Shown here one piece after another: positions 56,496 to 64,000 of a DNA stretch of 64,000 nt. The stretch covers positions 645,149 through 709,148 of the forward strand of contig JBFWOS010000002.1 of NCBI GenBank assembly GCA_050250375.1, in the 5' to 3' direction. A program made the position numbers and the translations under genes. How positions within the stretch are numbered: position 1 is the stretch's first letter; each line of letters opens with the position of its first letter. Source of the stretch: Candidatus Omnitrophota bacterium. GTDB lineage: Bacteria > Omnitrophota > Gorgyraeia > Zapsychrales > Zapsychraceae. The notes beneath the pieces are model-generated. The model was not told the origin of the DNA. It did not search any database and was given only the letters and a program-made list of their open reading frames with translations.

Positions 56496-57218
56496 TTAAT
56501 CCGCCATCAGAATTTTCAACATTTTTGGATAATTGTTAATGAATTCTTTAGTCACCTGATAATGCTCTGTTTTGGTGTAATCAATATTTTTGATCCCGGA
56601 TTCTTCCAGAACAAAGATGCATGAATCGGGATAGGCCATAAGTATCGGCGAATGAGTTGCAATAATAAATTGGGAATTCTGGCTGACAAGATCATGGATT
56701 CTTGAAATCAAGGCCAGTTGTCGTGACGGGGATAAGGCCGCTTCAGGTTCATCAAGTATATAAAGACCGTTTCCACTAAAACGGTTTAAAACCAGCGACA
56801 TAAACGATTCTCCATGGGATTGATCATGGAGGGCCTTGTCCCCATAACTATCCCCTACGCCCAATTTTTTAACTTCCGAGGCCACATTATAAAAACTTTC
56901 GGCCCGAAGAAAATATCCGTCTTTAGCGTGACTTGTTCCTTTCGACAATCTCAGGCACTTATACAGATCAGAATGTGTCGATTGTGTCGAAAAATTAAAA
57001 TTTTTCGATCCGCCTTCAGCGTTAAATCCCCATGAAATCGCGATGGCCTCAAGAAGAGTTGATTTGCCTGAACCATTTTCACCCACAATAAATGTAACAT
57101 GTGGGTGGAATTCCAGATTGTCCAGATAACGTACCGCTGGAAGATGAAAAGGAAATTCCTTGAAGGAACTTACTTTGTCTTTTAAAAGTTCTGCTTTTAA
57201 TAAATATTGTGTGCGCAT
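56496..57218 (-). CDS. Small ABC-type (AAA_21-like) ATPase
   Basis: Walker A GENGSGKST, Q-loop, Walker B/D-loop ILDEPEAALSP and H-loop IIATHSP. Only 240 aa. Confidence 0.75.
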   Translation of the reverse strand: MRTQYLLKAELLKDKVSSFKEFPFHLPAVRYLDNLEFHPHVTFIVGENGSGKSTLLEAIAISWGFNAEGGSKNFNFSTQSTHSDLYKCLRLSKGTSHAKDGYFLRAESFYNVASEVKKLGVGDSYGDKALHDQSHGESFMSLVLNRFSGNGLYILDEPEAALSPSRQLALISRIHDLVSQNSQFIIATHSPILMAYPDSCIFVLEESGIKNIDYTKTEHYQVTKEFINNYPKMLKILMAD

Positions 57219-57300
57219 ATTCGATCTTGGGACACATACCGTAACCCGAACGGATTAGGGTTCAGGTGTGTGTTCCCGGAATTACCACAGAATTAAAGTA

Positions 57301-58206
57301 TTATTTTTTTTCGATTCCATAGTGCATCATTTGAACATCAATCGGTTCTGGTTTGGTTGAGTTTGTCATTAAAGAGACTATAGCCATCAAAGATGTTGTG
57401 TCAGGTACAACAAATGAACTTTCCAAAGTCAAAGCTCCTTTATTCTCGTGAATGACCATACTCTTAAATGAAACTATCATGTCCGATAAGTTTGAATTTT
57501 GTTCCCCTTTTTGAACTGTCAACATTAGTTTGGCAGGAACTATTTCAACCTCATAGTTTATCTGGAATGTCATCTTTATTGTATCCCCAACATATAAGAT
57601 TTTCTGAGATTCTGGAGAATAAGACAATATTCGCAGAGATCCGTTCGTGTTTGAATAGTTTTGAATTGATATTTGTCGGGGTTCCTGTATGGAATTAGTA
57701 TCAATATCATTTCCGTTTTCATCTACAACCTTATATGCCCGCATGTCATTAACTGAAGTTTTGTTATTACCAGCCATTAATAATGGAATAATAACCATGA
57801 CGGCTCCAGTTTTGGGTACTCTAAACTCTTGTTGGATTTTTGTAACTCCAGAATGGTTGGTAAGTACAACCGTTTTACTAGCAATTAAAACATTAGAAAA
57901 ATTTTCAGTTAATTCACCTTTTTGAATATTTAAGGAAATTACAGCATTTGGATTTTGAACTTTATATTCAAGTTCCACTTCGAATTGAACAGTTTGTCCC
58001 ATGATAAGTGGCGAAGAAGGGTCAGGCGAAATTGAAATTATCCTCAGTGCGTTTCCGTTTTCATCGTTAAGTGAACCTTCCCCGCAGCCGTAAAGAGCAT
58101 ATGCGAAGTTTATGCAAAAGCCAGAAATTAAGATATGTAAAAGAAATGTTAGGATTGACCTATTTACCATTGGAATCATTCGTCCAGAGTCGCGGGTTTT
58201 ATTCAT
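57301..58206 (-). CDS. Secreted/lipoprotein-like protein with two internal tandem domains of about 130 aa
   Basis: The domains SISPDPSSPLIMGQTVQFEVELEYKV... and SYSPESQKILYVGDTIKMTFQINYEV... are clearly paralogous. Confidence 0.45.
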   Translation of the reverse strand: MNKTRDSGRMIPMVNRSILTFLLHILISGFCINFAYALYGCGEGSLNDENGNALRIISISPDPSSPLIMGQTVQFEVELEYKVQNPNAVISLNIQKGELTENFSNVLIASKTVVLTNHSGVTKIQQEFRVPKTGAVMVIIPLLMAGNNKTSVNDMRAYKVVDENGNDIDTNSIQEPRQISIQNYSNTNGSLRILSYSPESQKILYVGDTIKMTFQINYEVEIVPAKLMLTVQKGEQNSNLSDMIVSFKSMVIHENKGALTLESSFVVPDTTSLMAIVSLMTNSTKPEPIDVQMMHYGIEKK

Positions 58207-58337
58207 TTCGTAACCGCCTACAAAAAGGTGACGGCCTTTTTACATTGGTGATATTAGGATGCTTCTTGCCCATCACTTCTCCCCTCCGTTTGGATAAGAT
58301 TCTTGTGTCCCCGGAAATTCTAAGTTATTTTTCGATG

Positions 58338-58781
58338 TTAATTTTTTGAAATATTTTCAATCTCAATTTTTAAAGTCGTCAGGGTCAGCCGTATATCGAG
58401 CATGAAAAGCGACAGCGAGATGATCAGAGAAATAAGGCTCACCGCGAAAATAATCTCAATGGTCACATTTAAATTGACCCCGAAAACGATGGATAAAAAC
58501 AGCAAAAGCACATCGAGCGCCACACAGGCAATGCTGAAGACCAGCAGGGCGATCGCGCTGCGCAGATACCGGCAGCGGTTGTAAATGATGGTGATCTGTT
58601 CTTTTAAAAATCGTTTATCAGCGTCTTTGGCTGCGGCGGTTTCTCTGATCAGGAAGCGCACCCGATCGCTGGCGCGGCCCAGGCGGTTGGTCATGGTCAA
58701 TAAAAGAAAACCAAAGCCTGAGATCAGCAAACACGGCGCCACAGACGCCTGCAGGGTTTTAATGATACTATCGGTGTACAT
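58338..58781 (-). CDS. DUF2721-like membrane protein
   Basis: 147 aa, 3 transmembrane helices, LLLTMTNRL motif. Confidence 0.45.
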   Translation of the reverse strand: MYTDSIIKTLQASVAPCLLISGFGFLLLTMTNRLGRASDRVRFLIRETAAAKDADKRFLKEQITIIYNRCRYLRSAIALLVFSIACVALDVLLLFLSIVFGVNLNVTIEIIFAVSLISLIISLSLFMLDIRLTLTTLKIEIENISKN

Positions 58782-58859
58782 ATTTGCTTCCTTTTAAACA
58801 ATGCGGTAATTTTAAACAGTTAAACGCCAAACATTTTTTTAATTAATAAGGCTGCCTAT

Positions 58860-59708
58860 TTATTTTATAATATCCTTATTTCTTTCCCACCATTTAACAA
58901 TATTGTCTAGAACGAATGGGTTCCAGTCAATATTTGCTTCTTCCGCAAAAATTTTGCCAGCATAATATGTGGTGTTGAGACTATTGCTATTACTAAGAAT
59001 GCCAAATAAGAAATTCAGTTTCTTATATCTTGAAAAATCACTTCGTGTTTTCAAATATTCAATCAGAGCGGGCTGGTTAGCTAAAGTAATTTCACTGTAT
59101 AGTTTTTGAAAATCTTCAAATGTTAAATTATTTGGATCATAATTTAATTTTCTCCAATCAATTACGATATAACCAGGAGGAGAACGAAATTTAAGTCGTA
59201 TTTCATGAACAGTCTGATATGCTTCAATAGCAAAAGGGTGATTTGGATTTGAAGTTAACTTGATTAGTTCGTTAAACGAAATTCTATTATCATTTTGAGC
59301 AGATAATACTAAACGTGAAAAGTCTGAGATTTGTTCAATTTCCTGAATTTTTGAAAAAGCATCAGACGTTAATCCCGATACCTTGGCGAGATCTATTTCA
59401 AGTGTTTTAGTTTTTTCAGAAATTGTTGATTTGGCTTCTTCTATTGCAGGATCAAGTTTTTTCTCGATAAGGTTAGTGGCTTCTTGAATTGCAACTTTCT
59501 CAAGAGTGCTTTGAACGTTTGGCTCAGTAAATTTTTCTTTGACCGTTAAATTGATGCCTACCTGAGATAATAAGACTAAAATTAGTGATATAACGCCTAT
59601 CCATATGTTTAACCAAGCGATTAACTCAGATTTGATTTTATCGGTTTGCTTTTTAATTAAGGCTTCATCATTATTATCCGGCTTATTATTTATTATTGGT
59701 ATGCTCAT
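58860..59708 (-). CDS. Hypothetical membrane-anchored protein
   Basis: 282 aa with one transmembrane helix near the N-terminus. No known domain. Confidence 0.35.
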   Translation of the reverse strand: MSIPIINNKPDNNDEALIKKQTDKIKSELIAWLNIWIGVISLILVLLSQVGINLTVKEKFTEPNVQSTLEKVAIQEATNLIEKKLDPAIEEAKSTISEKTKTLEIDLAKVSGLTSDAFSKIQEIEQISDFSRLVLSAQNDNRISFNELIKLTSNPNHPFAIEAYQTVHEIRLKFRSPPGYIVIDWRKLNYDPNNLTFEDFQKLYSEITLANQPALIEYLKTRSDFSRYKKLNFLFGILSNSNSLNTTYYAGKIFAEEANIDWNPFVLDNIVKWWERNKDIIK

Positions 59709-59840
59709 AAGTTATATTTCTTAGAAATTTTTAATTTAAAGTAATTGTCTGTTAAAATCGGGATAGTTCACAATACTTAATTTCACCTAAGGATAAGAAC
59801 AATTTAATATAGTATCCTCGGAGTTATGTTCCCTGTTGAA

Positions 59841-60164
59841 TCATATCTGCTTCCATATCGTAAAATGCCCTTGATCAATGGTGCCGGAATCTTTCCATTG
59901 CGTATATTTTTGTTCGGCCCCGGGGAAGAGCGGCCACATTGCGTTTAACAGATTTTGATACCCGGCCATCTCTTCCGTTATGCGCAGCGGATGGGTGTCT
60001 TCCGCGCAGATCACCATGCAGATCAGGTCGTGGGTCAGATAATCGTGTTTGTAACAGTAAATCCGGTTGATGCCGGACCAGGGAACCAGATTTTCTTCGT
60101 GCTCACCCCGGATGAAAAAGCCGTTCTTCAGGATGGCAATAATGCCTTTATTCAGATCTTCCAC
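59841..60164 (-). CDS. Hypothetical protein
   Basis: 107 aa. No known domain. Confidence 0.3.
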   Translation of the reverse strand: MEDLNKGIIAILKNGFFIRGEHEENLVPWSGINRIYCYKHDYLTHDLICMVICAEDTHPLRITEEMAGYQNLLNAMWPLFPGAEQKYTQWKDSGTIDQGHFTIWKQI

Positions 60165-60237
60165 GGTGCCTTTCTTCTCTTAAAATATATAAGCCCCTAT
60201 TATATAAGCGGCCATTAAATCTGGCAAGATGATCGTA

Positions 60238-60534
60238 TCAGCCGCCGGCCACGGAGCCGACAATCATAAACGGTTCTTGGCCTTTGGCCACCGCTTCCGG
60301 TAAAAGTTTATCGGGCGGATCATGGGTCAGGTCTTCTTCGCAGGCGAAAAAACGCAGGAACGCCCGGCGTTTGAATGTGCCGTGGTCGCGGACCGTTCCG
60401 CGGAGCATCGGATAACGTTTTTCCAGCGCGTCCAGGACCGCGCGCTGGGTCACCGGTCCCTCAACCTCCAGATTGACTTCTCCCTCGACCCGGGCCAGGG
60501 TCTTTAAATGGGCCGGGATGATCACGCGAATCAT
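60238..60534 (-). CDS. MoaD/ThiS-family ubiquitin-like sulfur-carrier protein with C-terminal Gly-Gly
   Basis: 98 aa ending ...MIVGSVAGG. Its start overlaps the stop of the upstream BNR gene by 4 nt. Confidence 0.6.
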   Translation of the reverse strand: MIRVIIPAHLKTLARVEGEVNLEVEGPVTQRAVLDALEKRYPMLRGTVRDHGTFKRRAFLRFFACEEDLTHDPPDKLLPEAVAKGQEPFMIVGSVAGG

Positions 60535-61709
60535 GGGATGCTCTGCACCTCGACAGAATAGACCGACGGAAGGTCATGCACGATCGCCTCCCAGCGGTCA
60601 CCGCCATCCACCGAGGCGTAAACCTGCCCTCCGGTCGTGCCGAAATAAATGCCGCAGTCATCGAGGGTGTCAACCGCCATGGCGTCGCGCAGGATGTTCA
60701 CGTAACAGTCTTTCTGCGGAAGGCCGTTGGTGAGCGCCTCCCATTCGTTGCCTCCGGTGCGGCTGCGGTACACGCGCAGTTTTCCTTCCAGCGGAAAATG
60801 TTCGGAATCACTTTTGATGGGCACGACATAAATGGTCTCGGGTTCATGCGCGTGCACGCCGATGGGGAAACCGAAATCGGTCGGCAGGTTGCCGCTGACT
60901 TCTTTCCATAAATCGCCGGCATTATCGCTGCGCATCACGTCCCAGTGTTTCTGCATAAAAAGGACGTCCGGCCTCGACGGGTGAAGGGCCATATTGTGGA
61001 CGCAGTGGCCGACCTCGGCGTCCTGGTCCGGGATATATTGGGATTTCAACCCTTTGTTGATCGGTTTCCAGGTAATGCCGCCGTCATCGGTGCGAAACGC
61101 GCCGGCCGCTGAGATGGCGATATAAATCCGTTTGGGGTTTTTCGGGTCCAGCAGGATCGTGTGCAGGCCCATGCCTCCGGCGCCGGGTGTCCATTGGGAG
61201 CCGGTGCCGTGCCCGCGCAGACCGGATAATTCCTTCCAGCTTTTTCCGCCGTCTTTGGTGACAAAGAGCGCGGCGTCCTCGACTCCGGCGTAGACATGAT
61301 CAGGGTCGGTCAGGGACGGTTCCAAATGCCAGACACGTTTGAATTCCCAGGGGTGCTGGGTGCCGTCGTACCATTGATGGGTCGTTAACGGATGGGCCTG
61401 GGTGTCGTACATAAATTTGTTGCTTTCCCCCATGGGAAAACCTTCCGGTGAGGTGGTCATTTCACCGGGCGGGGTTCCGGGCTGGTACCAGGTTTTGCCG
61501 CCGTCATCGGAACGCTGGATGATCTGGCCGAACCAGCCGCTGGTCTGTGAGGTATAGATACGGTCAGGATCGACCGGTGAACCTTTCATGTGATAAATCT
61601 CCCAGCCGGCGAAATGCGGACCGCTGACGTCCCACTTTTTGCGCTGGCTGTCCGAGGTGAGGATAAAGGCGCCTTTGCGTGTGCCGGCTAAAACCCTGAC
61701 TTTCTTCAT
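60531..61709 (-). CDS. BNR/Asp-box repeat protein (Ycf48-like / sialidase-fold beta-propeller)
   Basis: Four S-x-D-G-G-x-(T/S)-W Asp-boxes ([32 protein letters not shown]). No signal peptide. Confidence 0.7.
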   Translation of the reverse strand: MKKVRVLAGTRKGAFILTSDSQRKKWDVSGPHFAGWEIYHMKGSPVDPDRIYTSQTSGWFGQIIQRSDDGGKTWYQPGTPPGEMTTSPEGFPMGESNKFMYDTQAHPLTTHQWYDGTQHPWEFKRVWHLEPSLTDPDHVYAGVEDAALFVTKDGGKSWKELSGLRGHGTGSQWTPGAGGMGLHTILLDPKNPKRIYIAISAAGAFRTDDGGITWKPINKGLKSQYIPDQDAEVGHCVHNMALHPSRPDVLFMQKHWDVMRSDNAGDLWKEVSGNLPTDFGFPIGVHAHEPETIYVVPIKSDSEHFPLEGKLRVYRSRTGGNEWEALTNGLPQKDCYVNILRDAMAVDTLDDCGIYFGTTGGQVYASVDGGDRWEAIVHDLPSVYSVEVQSIP

Positions 61710-61865
61710 GGTTATCTCCTTTTTTTACTGGGAACAGTTGGCTCAAGAATTATACAATCATCTTTTGGGTAAATCCATCAAGAATTTTTGCAATTGTGCC
61801 GAAAGGAAACGGCATTAATTTTTGGCTGTTCATTTTCTTTTTTTTGATTAAAATAGAACCTGCTT

Positions 61866-63002
61866 ATGGAAAACTTTTCCCAGGAAGAAAAAATCCGGTA
61901 TTCACGGCAGACCATCCTGCCCATGATCGGCGCGCAGGGACAACAGCGGCTGAAAGACGCGCGTGTCCTTCTGGTCGGCGCGGGGGGCCTGGGTTCGTCC
62001 CCGGCCATTTATCTGGCCGCGGCCGGCGTGGGGACCATCGGCCTCATCGATGCCGACACGGTGTCCCTTTCCAATCTCCACCGGCAGGTGCTTCACTATA
62101 CTTCGGATATCGACTGTCTTAAGGTCGACTCGGCCGCGGACAAACTCAAACAGATCAATCCGCATGTGCAGGTGATTAAACACCCGGTGCGGCTGACAGC
62201 GGTCAACGCGCGTGAGATCATTTCCGGTTACGACCTGATCATAGACGGCACGGATAATTTGCCGTCACGGTATCTCATCAATGACGCGTGTTTTTTTCTG
62301 AACAAACATTTTATTTTCGGCGGTGTGCACCAGTTTGAAGGCCAGGTCAGTATTTTCGGTCCGGGCGGCCCCTGCTACCGCTGTCTTTTTCGTGAACCGC
62401 CTCCCCCTGAGGAAATGCCGTCGTGCGCTGAAGCCGGTGTGATCGGTGTTGTCCCGGGCATCATCGGGCTGATGCAGGCCAATGAAGCGGTCAAATGGAT
62501 CTGCCGGATCGGCGAATCTCTGTTGGGACGGCTGCTGATCTTTGACGCGCTTTCCGTGCGCTGGCACGCGGTCACGATCAAAAAGGATCCGGACTGTCCT
62601 TTATGCGGGACATCTCCGACCATCCATTCCGTTGAAAATGATCAATGGCATTGTGCCGTTCCGGAGAAACCGCAGGAAGCCGTTATCGCAGAAATCACGG
62701 TCAAAGAATTAAAACAGCGGCGCGATCAGGATCCGGACCTTTATTTGCTGGATGTGCGGGAACAGGCGGAATGGGACATCGCGCGTATCGACGGCGCGTG
62801 TTTAAAACCGTTAAGTAATCTGGATGAGAATTTTGAAGATATCCCCAAGGACAGGACAGTGTATTGTTATTGCAAAGCCGGCGGGCGCAGCGCCCGGGCG
62901 ATTGAATTTCTGCAGTCCAAAGGTTATACCGATTTGGTCAAGATCAAAGGCGGCATTGAGGCCTGGTCAAAGGAAATTGATCCGACCATTGCGCAGTATT
63001 AG
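61866..63002 (+). CDS. moeZ: MoeZ/MoeB-type E1-like adenylyltransferase with C-terminal rhodanese domain
   Basis: ThiF Rossmann VGAGGLGS and CxxC zinc motifs (CYRC...CPLC). The C-terminal rhodanese has its active Cys in CYCKAGGRS. Confidence 0.85.
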   Translation: MENFSQEEKIRYSRQTILPMIGAQGQQRLKDARVLLVGAGGLGSSPAIYLAAAGVGTIGLIDADTVSLSNLHRQVLHYTSDIDCLKVDSAADKLKQINPHVQVIKHPVRLTAVNAREIISGYDLIIDGTDNLPSRYLINDACFFLNKHFIFGGVHQFEGQVSIFGPGGPCYRCLFREPPPPEEMPSCAEAGVIGVVPGIIGLMQANEAVKWICRIGESLLGRLLIFDALSVRWHAVTIKKDPDCPLCGTSPTIHSVENDQWHCAVPEKPQEAVIAEITVKELKQRRDQDPDLYLLDVREQAEWDIARIDGACLKPLSNLDENFEDIPKDRTVYCYCKAGGRSARAIEFLQSKGYTDLVKIKGGIEAWSKEIDPTIAQY

Positions 63003-63003
63003 T

Positions 63004-63057
63004 AAAAAGGTGACGGACACCGTTTTTCAATATAAAAACGGTGTCCGTCACCTTTTT
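63004..63057. terminator. Bidirectional palindromic terminator, second identical copy
   Basis: aaaaaggtgacggacaccgtttttcaatataaaaacggtgtccgtcacctttttt between convergent moeZ and the Na/Pi gene. Confidence 0.75.
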
Positions 63058-63059
63058 TA

Positions 63060-64000
63060 TTAATATTCCAAGACAGGTTCTTTATTTTCGAGCAGTACGG
63101 CGGTTCCGAGATTCGATAAGCGGTCCCCGATCCGTTCCATATTATTGACCAGTTCCAGGAAGATAAAACCGGAATCCATCTTGCATTTCCGTTTTTTCAG
63201 GCGGGTGACATGATTCTGTTTTAACTCCTGCTCAAGACCGTTGAGAGTTCTTTCATGGAGCATTAAACGCCGGGCGGAGATGGGATCGGAATGGTCAAAG
63301 GCCTGTTCGGCATCGTCAAACATGCGGTAGAGTTCATCGCGCATCCGCTGGATTTCCGTAATGGCTTCCTTTGAGAAGACATTTTTGTTGCTCAGCCGCC
63401 GTTTGGTTAATTCGGAGATGTTTTGCGAATGGTCCCCGATCCGTTCCATATCATTCACCAGATGGATTAAGACCGGGAGTTTTTCCGATTCTTCGGGGAG
63501 CAGTTTTTTCTGGGACAGCCGGACGATATAATCCGTAATCCTTCCCTGCAGGTTATCGGTGACCGATTCAAGCTCGCTGGCCCGGTTGGCCTTGGCCTGG
63601 TCTTCTTCAATAAAACTTTCAATCCCGGCGGTGACGGCCTTGAGGGACACTTTCAGCATGTAAAGAACTTCTTTGTGCACCTGTTCCAGCGCCAGGGTGG
63701 GCGAGTCCAGTAAATGTTCTTCCAGGTATTGGGTGCCGTAGTCGATGGAGTCCTTGCGTTTGGGCACGAGCATAATGCTCACTTTCTCAAGGAATCCGAT
63801 AAACGGTAAAAAGACCAGCGTATTAATTACGTTAAATACACTGTGCGCCACGGCGATATGCACCATAATATTTTCCGGGGAGAGTTCACCCGGGACCAGC
63901 CCTTTGATCAGCTCCGTATACCATCCCAGGTACACGAAGACTAAAATATAACAAGTCCCCAGGACATTAAATATTGTGTGTGACATCGCCGCGCGGCGCG
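63060..64000 (-). CDS. Na/Pi-cotransporter family protein, C-terminal part with two PhoU-like domains; 5' end is outside the window
   Basis: Transmembrane tail then two PhoU-like repeats (NMERIGDH / NMERIGDR). The frame is open to the window edge. Confidence 0.6.
   Translation of the reverse strand, partial: RRAAMSHTIFNVLGTCYILVFVYLGWYTELIKGLVPGELSPENIMVHIAVAHSVFNVINTLVFLPFIGFLEKVSIMLVPKRKDSIDYGTQYLEEHLLDSPTLALEQVHKEVLYMLKVSLKAVTAGIESFIEEDQAKANRASELESVTDNLQGRITDYIVRLSQKKLLPEESEKLPVLIHLVNDMERIGDHSQNISELTKRRLSNKNVFSKEAITEIQRMRDELYRMFDDAEQAFDHSDPISARRLMLHERTLNGLEQELKQNHVTRLKKRKCKMDSGFIFLELVNNMERIGDRLSNLGTAVLLENKEPVLEY

Noticed and set aside
1-64000. tRNA, rRNA, integrase or transposase genes that would explain the cassette structure
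   Set aside because: None were recognisable in any intergenic region or ORF translation by eye. tRNAscan or Infernal would be needed to exclude a tRNA fragment in the repeats.

Overview
This 64 kb window looks like a bacterial chromosome segment, and I could not assign a taxon. Every CDS call rests on reading the supplied ORF translations against family motifs I remember; I ran no database search. Positions 1-27.7 kb are dense housekeeping: fabF-acpP-fabG, the folate genes folK-folB with an SDR, ispG and ispH, a ferredoxin, moaE, murB, an rrf2-sufBCDSU-moaA operon, nfu, pterin dehydratase, two CDGSH proteins, metXW, nadA and miaB. Positions 27.8-44.97 kb are accessory. Four direct copies of a ~120-135 bp intergenic repeat lie at about 27.81, 31.06, 37.81 and 44.87 kb. 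They split the region into three cassettes: a DinD/Bro-N-like module, a type III PKS operon with a two-component system, and a minimal cellulose-synthase-like exopolysaccharide operon. On the minus strand the repeat carries a near-consensus sigma70 promoter aimed at the gene to its left. Positions 45-64 kb are mixed. They hold an antiporter, small-molecule-handling genes (MGMT, TPMT, SRPBCC, DoxX), a tandem thioredoxin-fold protein, a defense-like ATPase plus T5orf172 plus DUF2971 trio, and a MoaD-like/BNR/MoeZ cluster. Two paralogous four-helix-bundle genes sit inside imperfect inverted repeats built from short iterated GTGA-type words. A third solo repeat and an ORF-less hairpin of the same style are also present. 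I found no CRISPR array, tRNA, rRNA, integrase or transposase.
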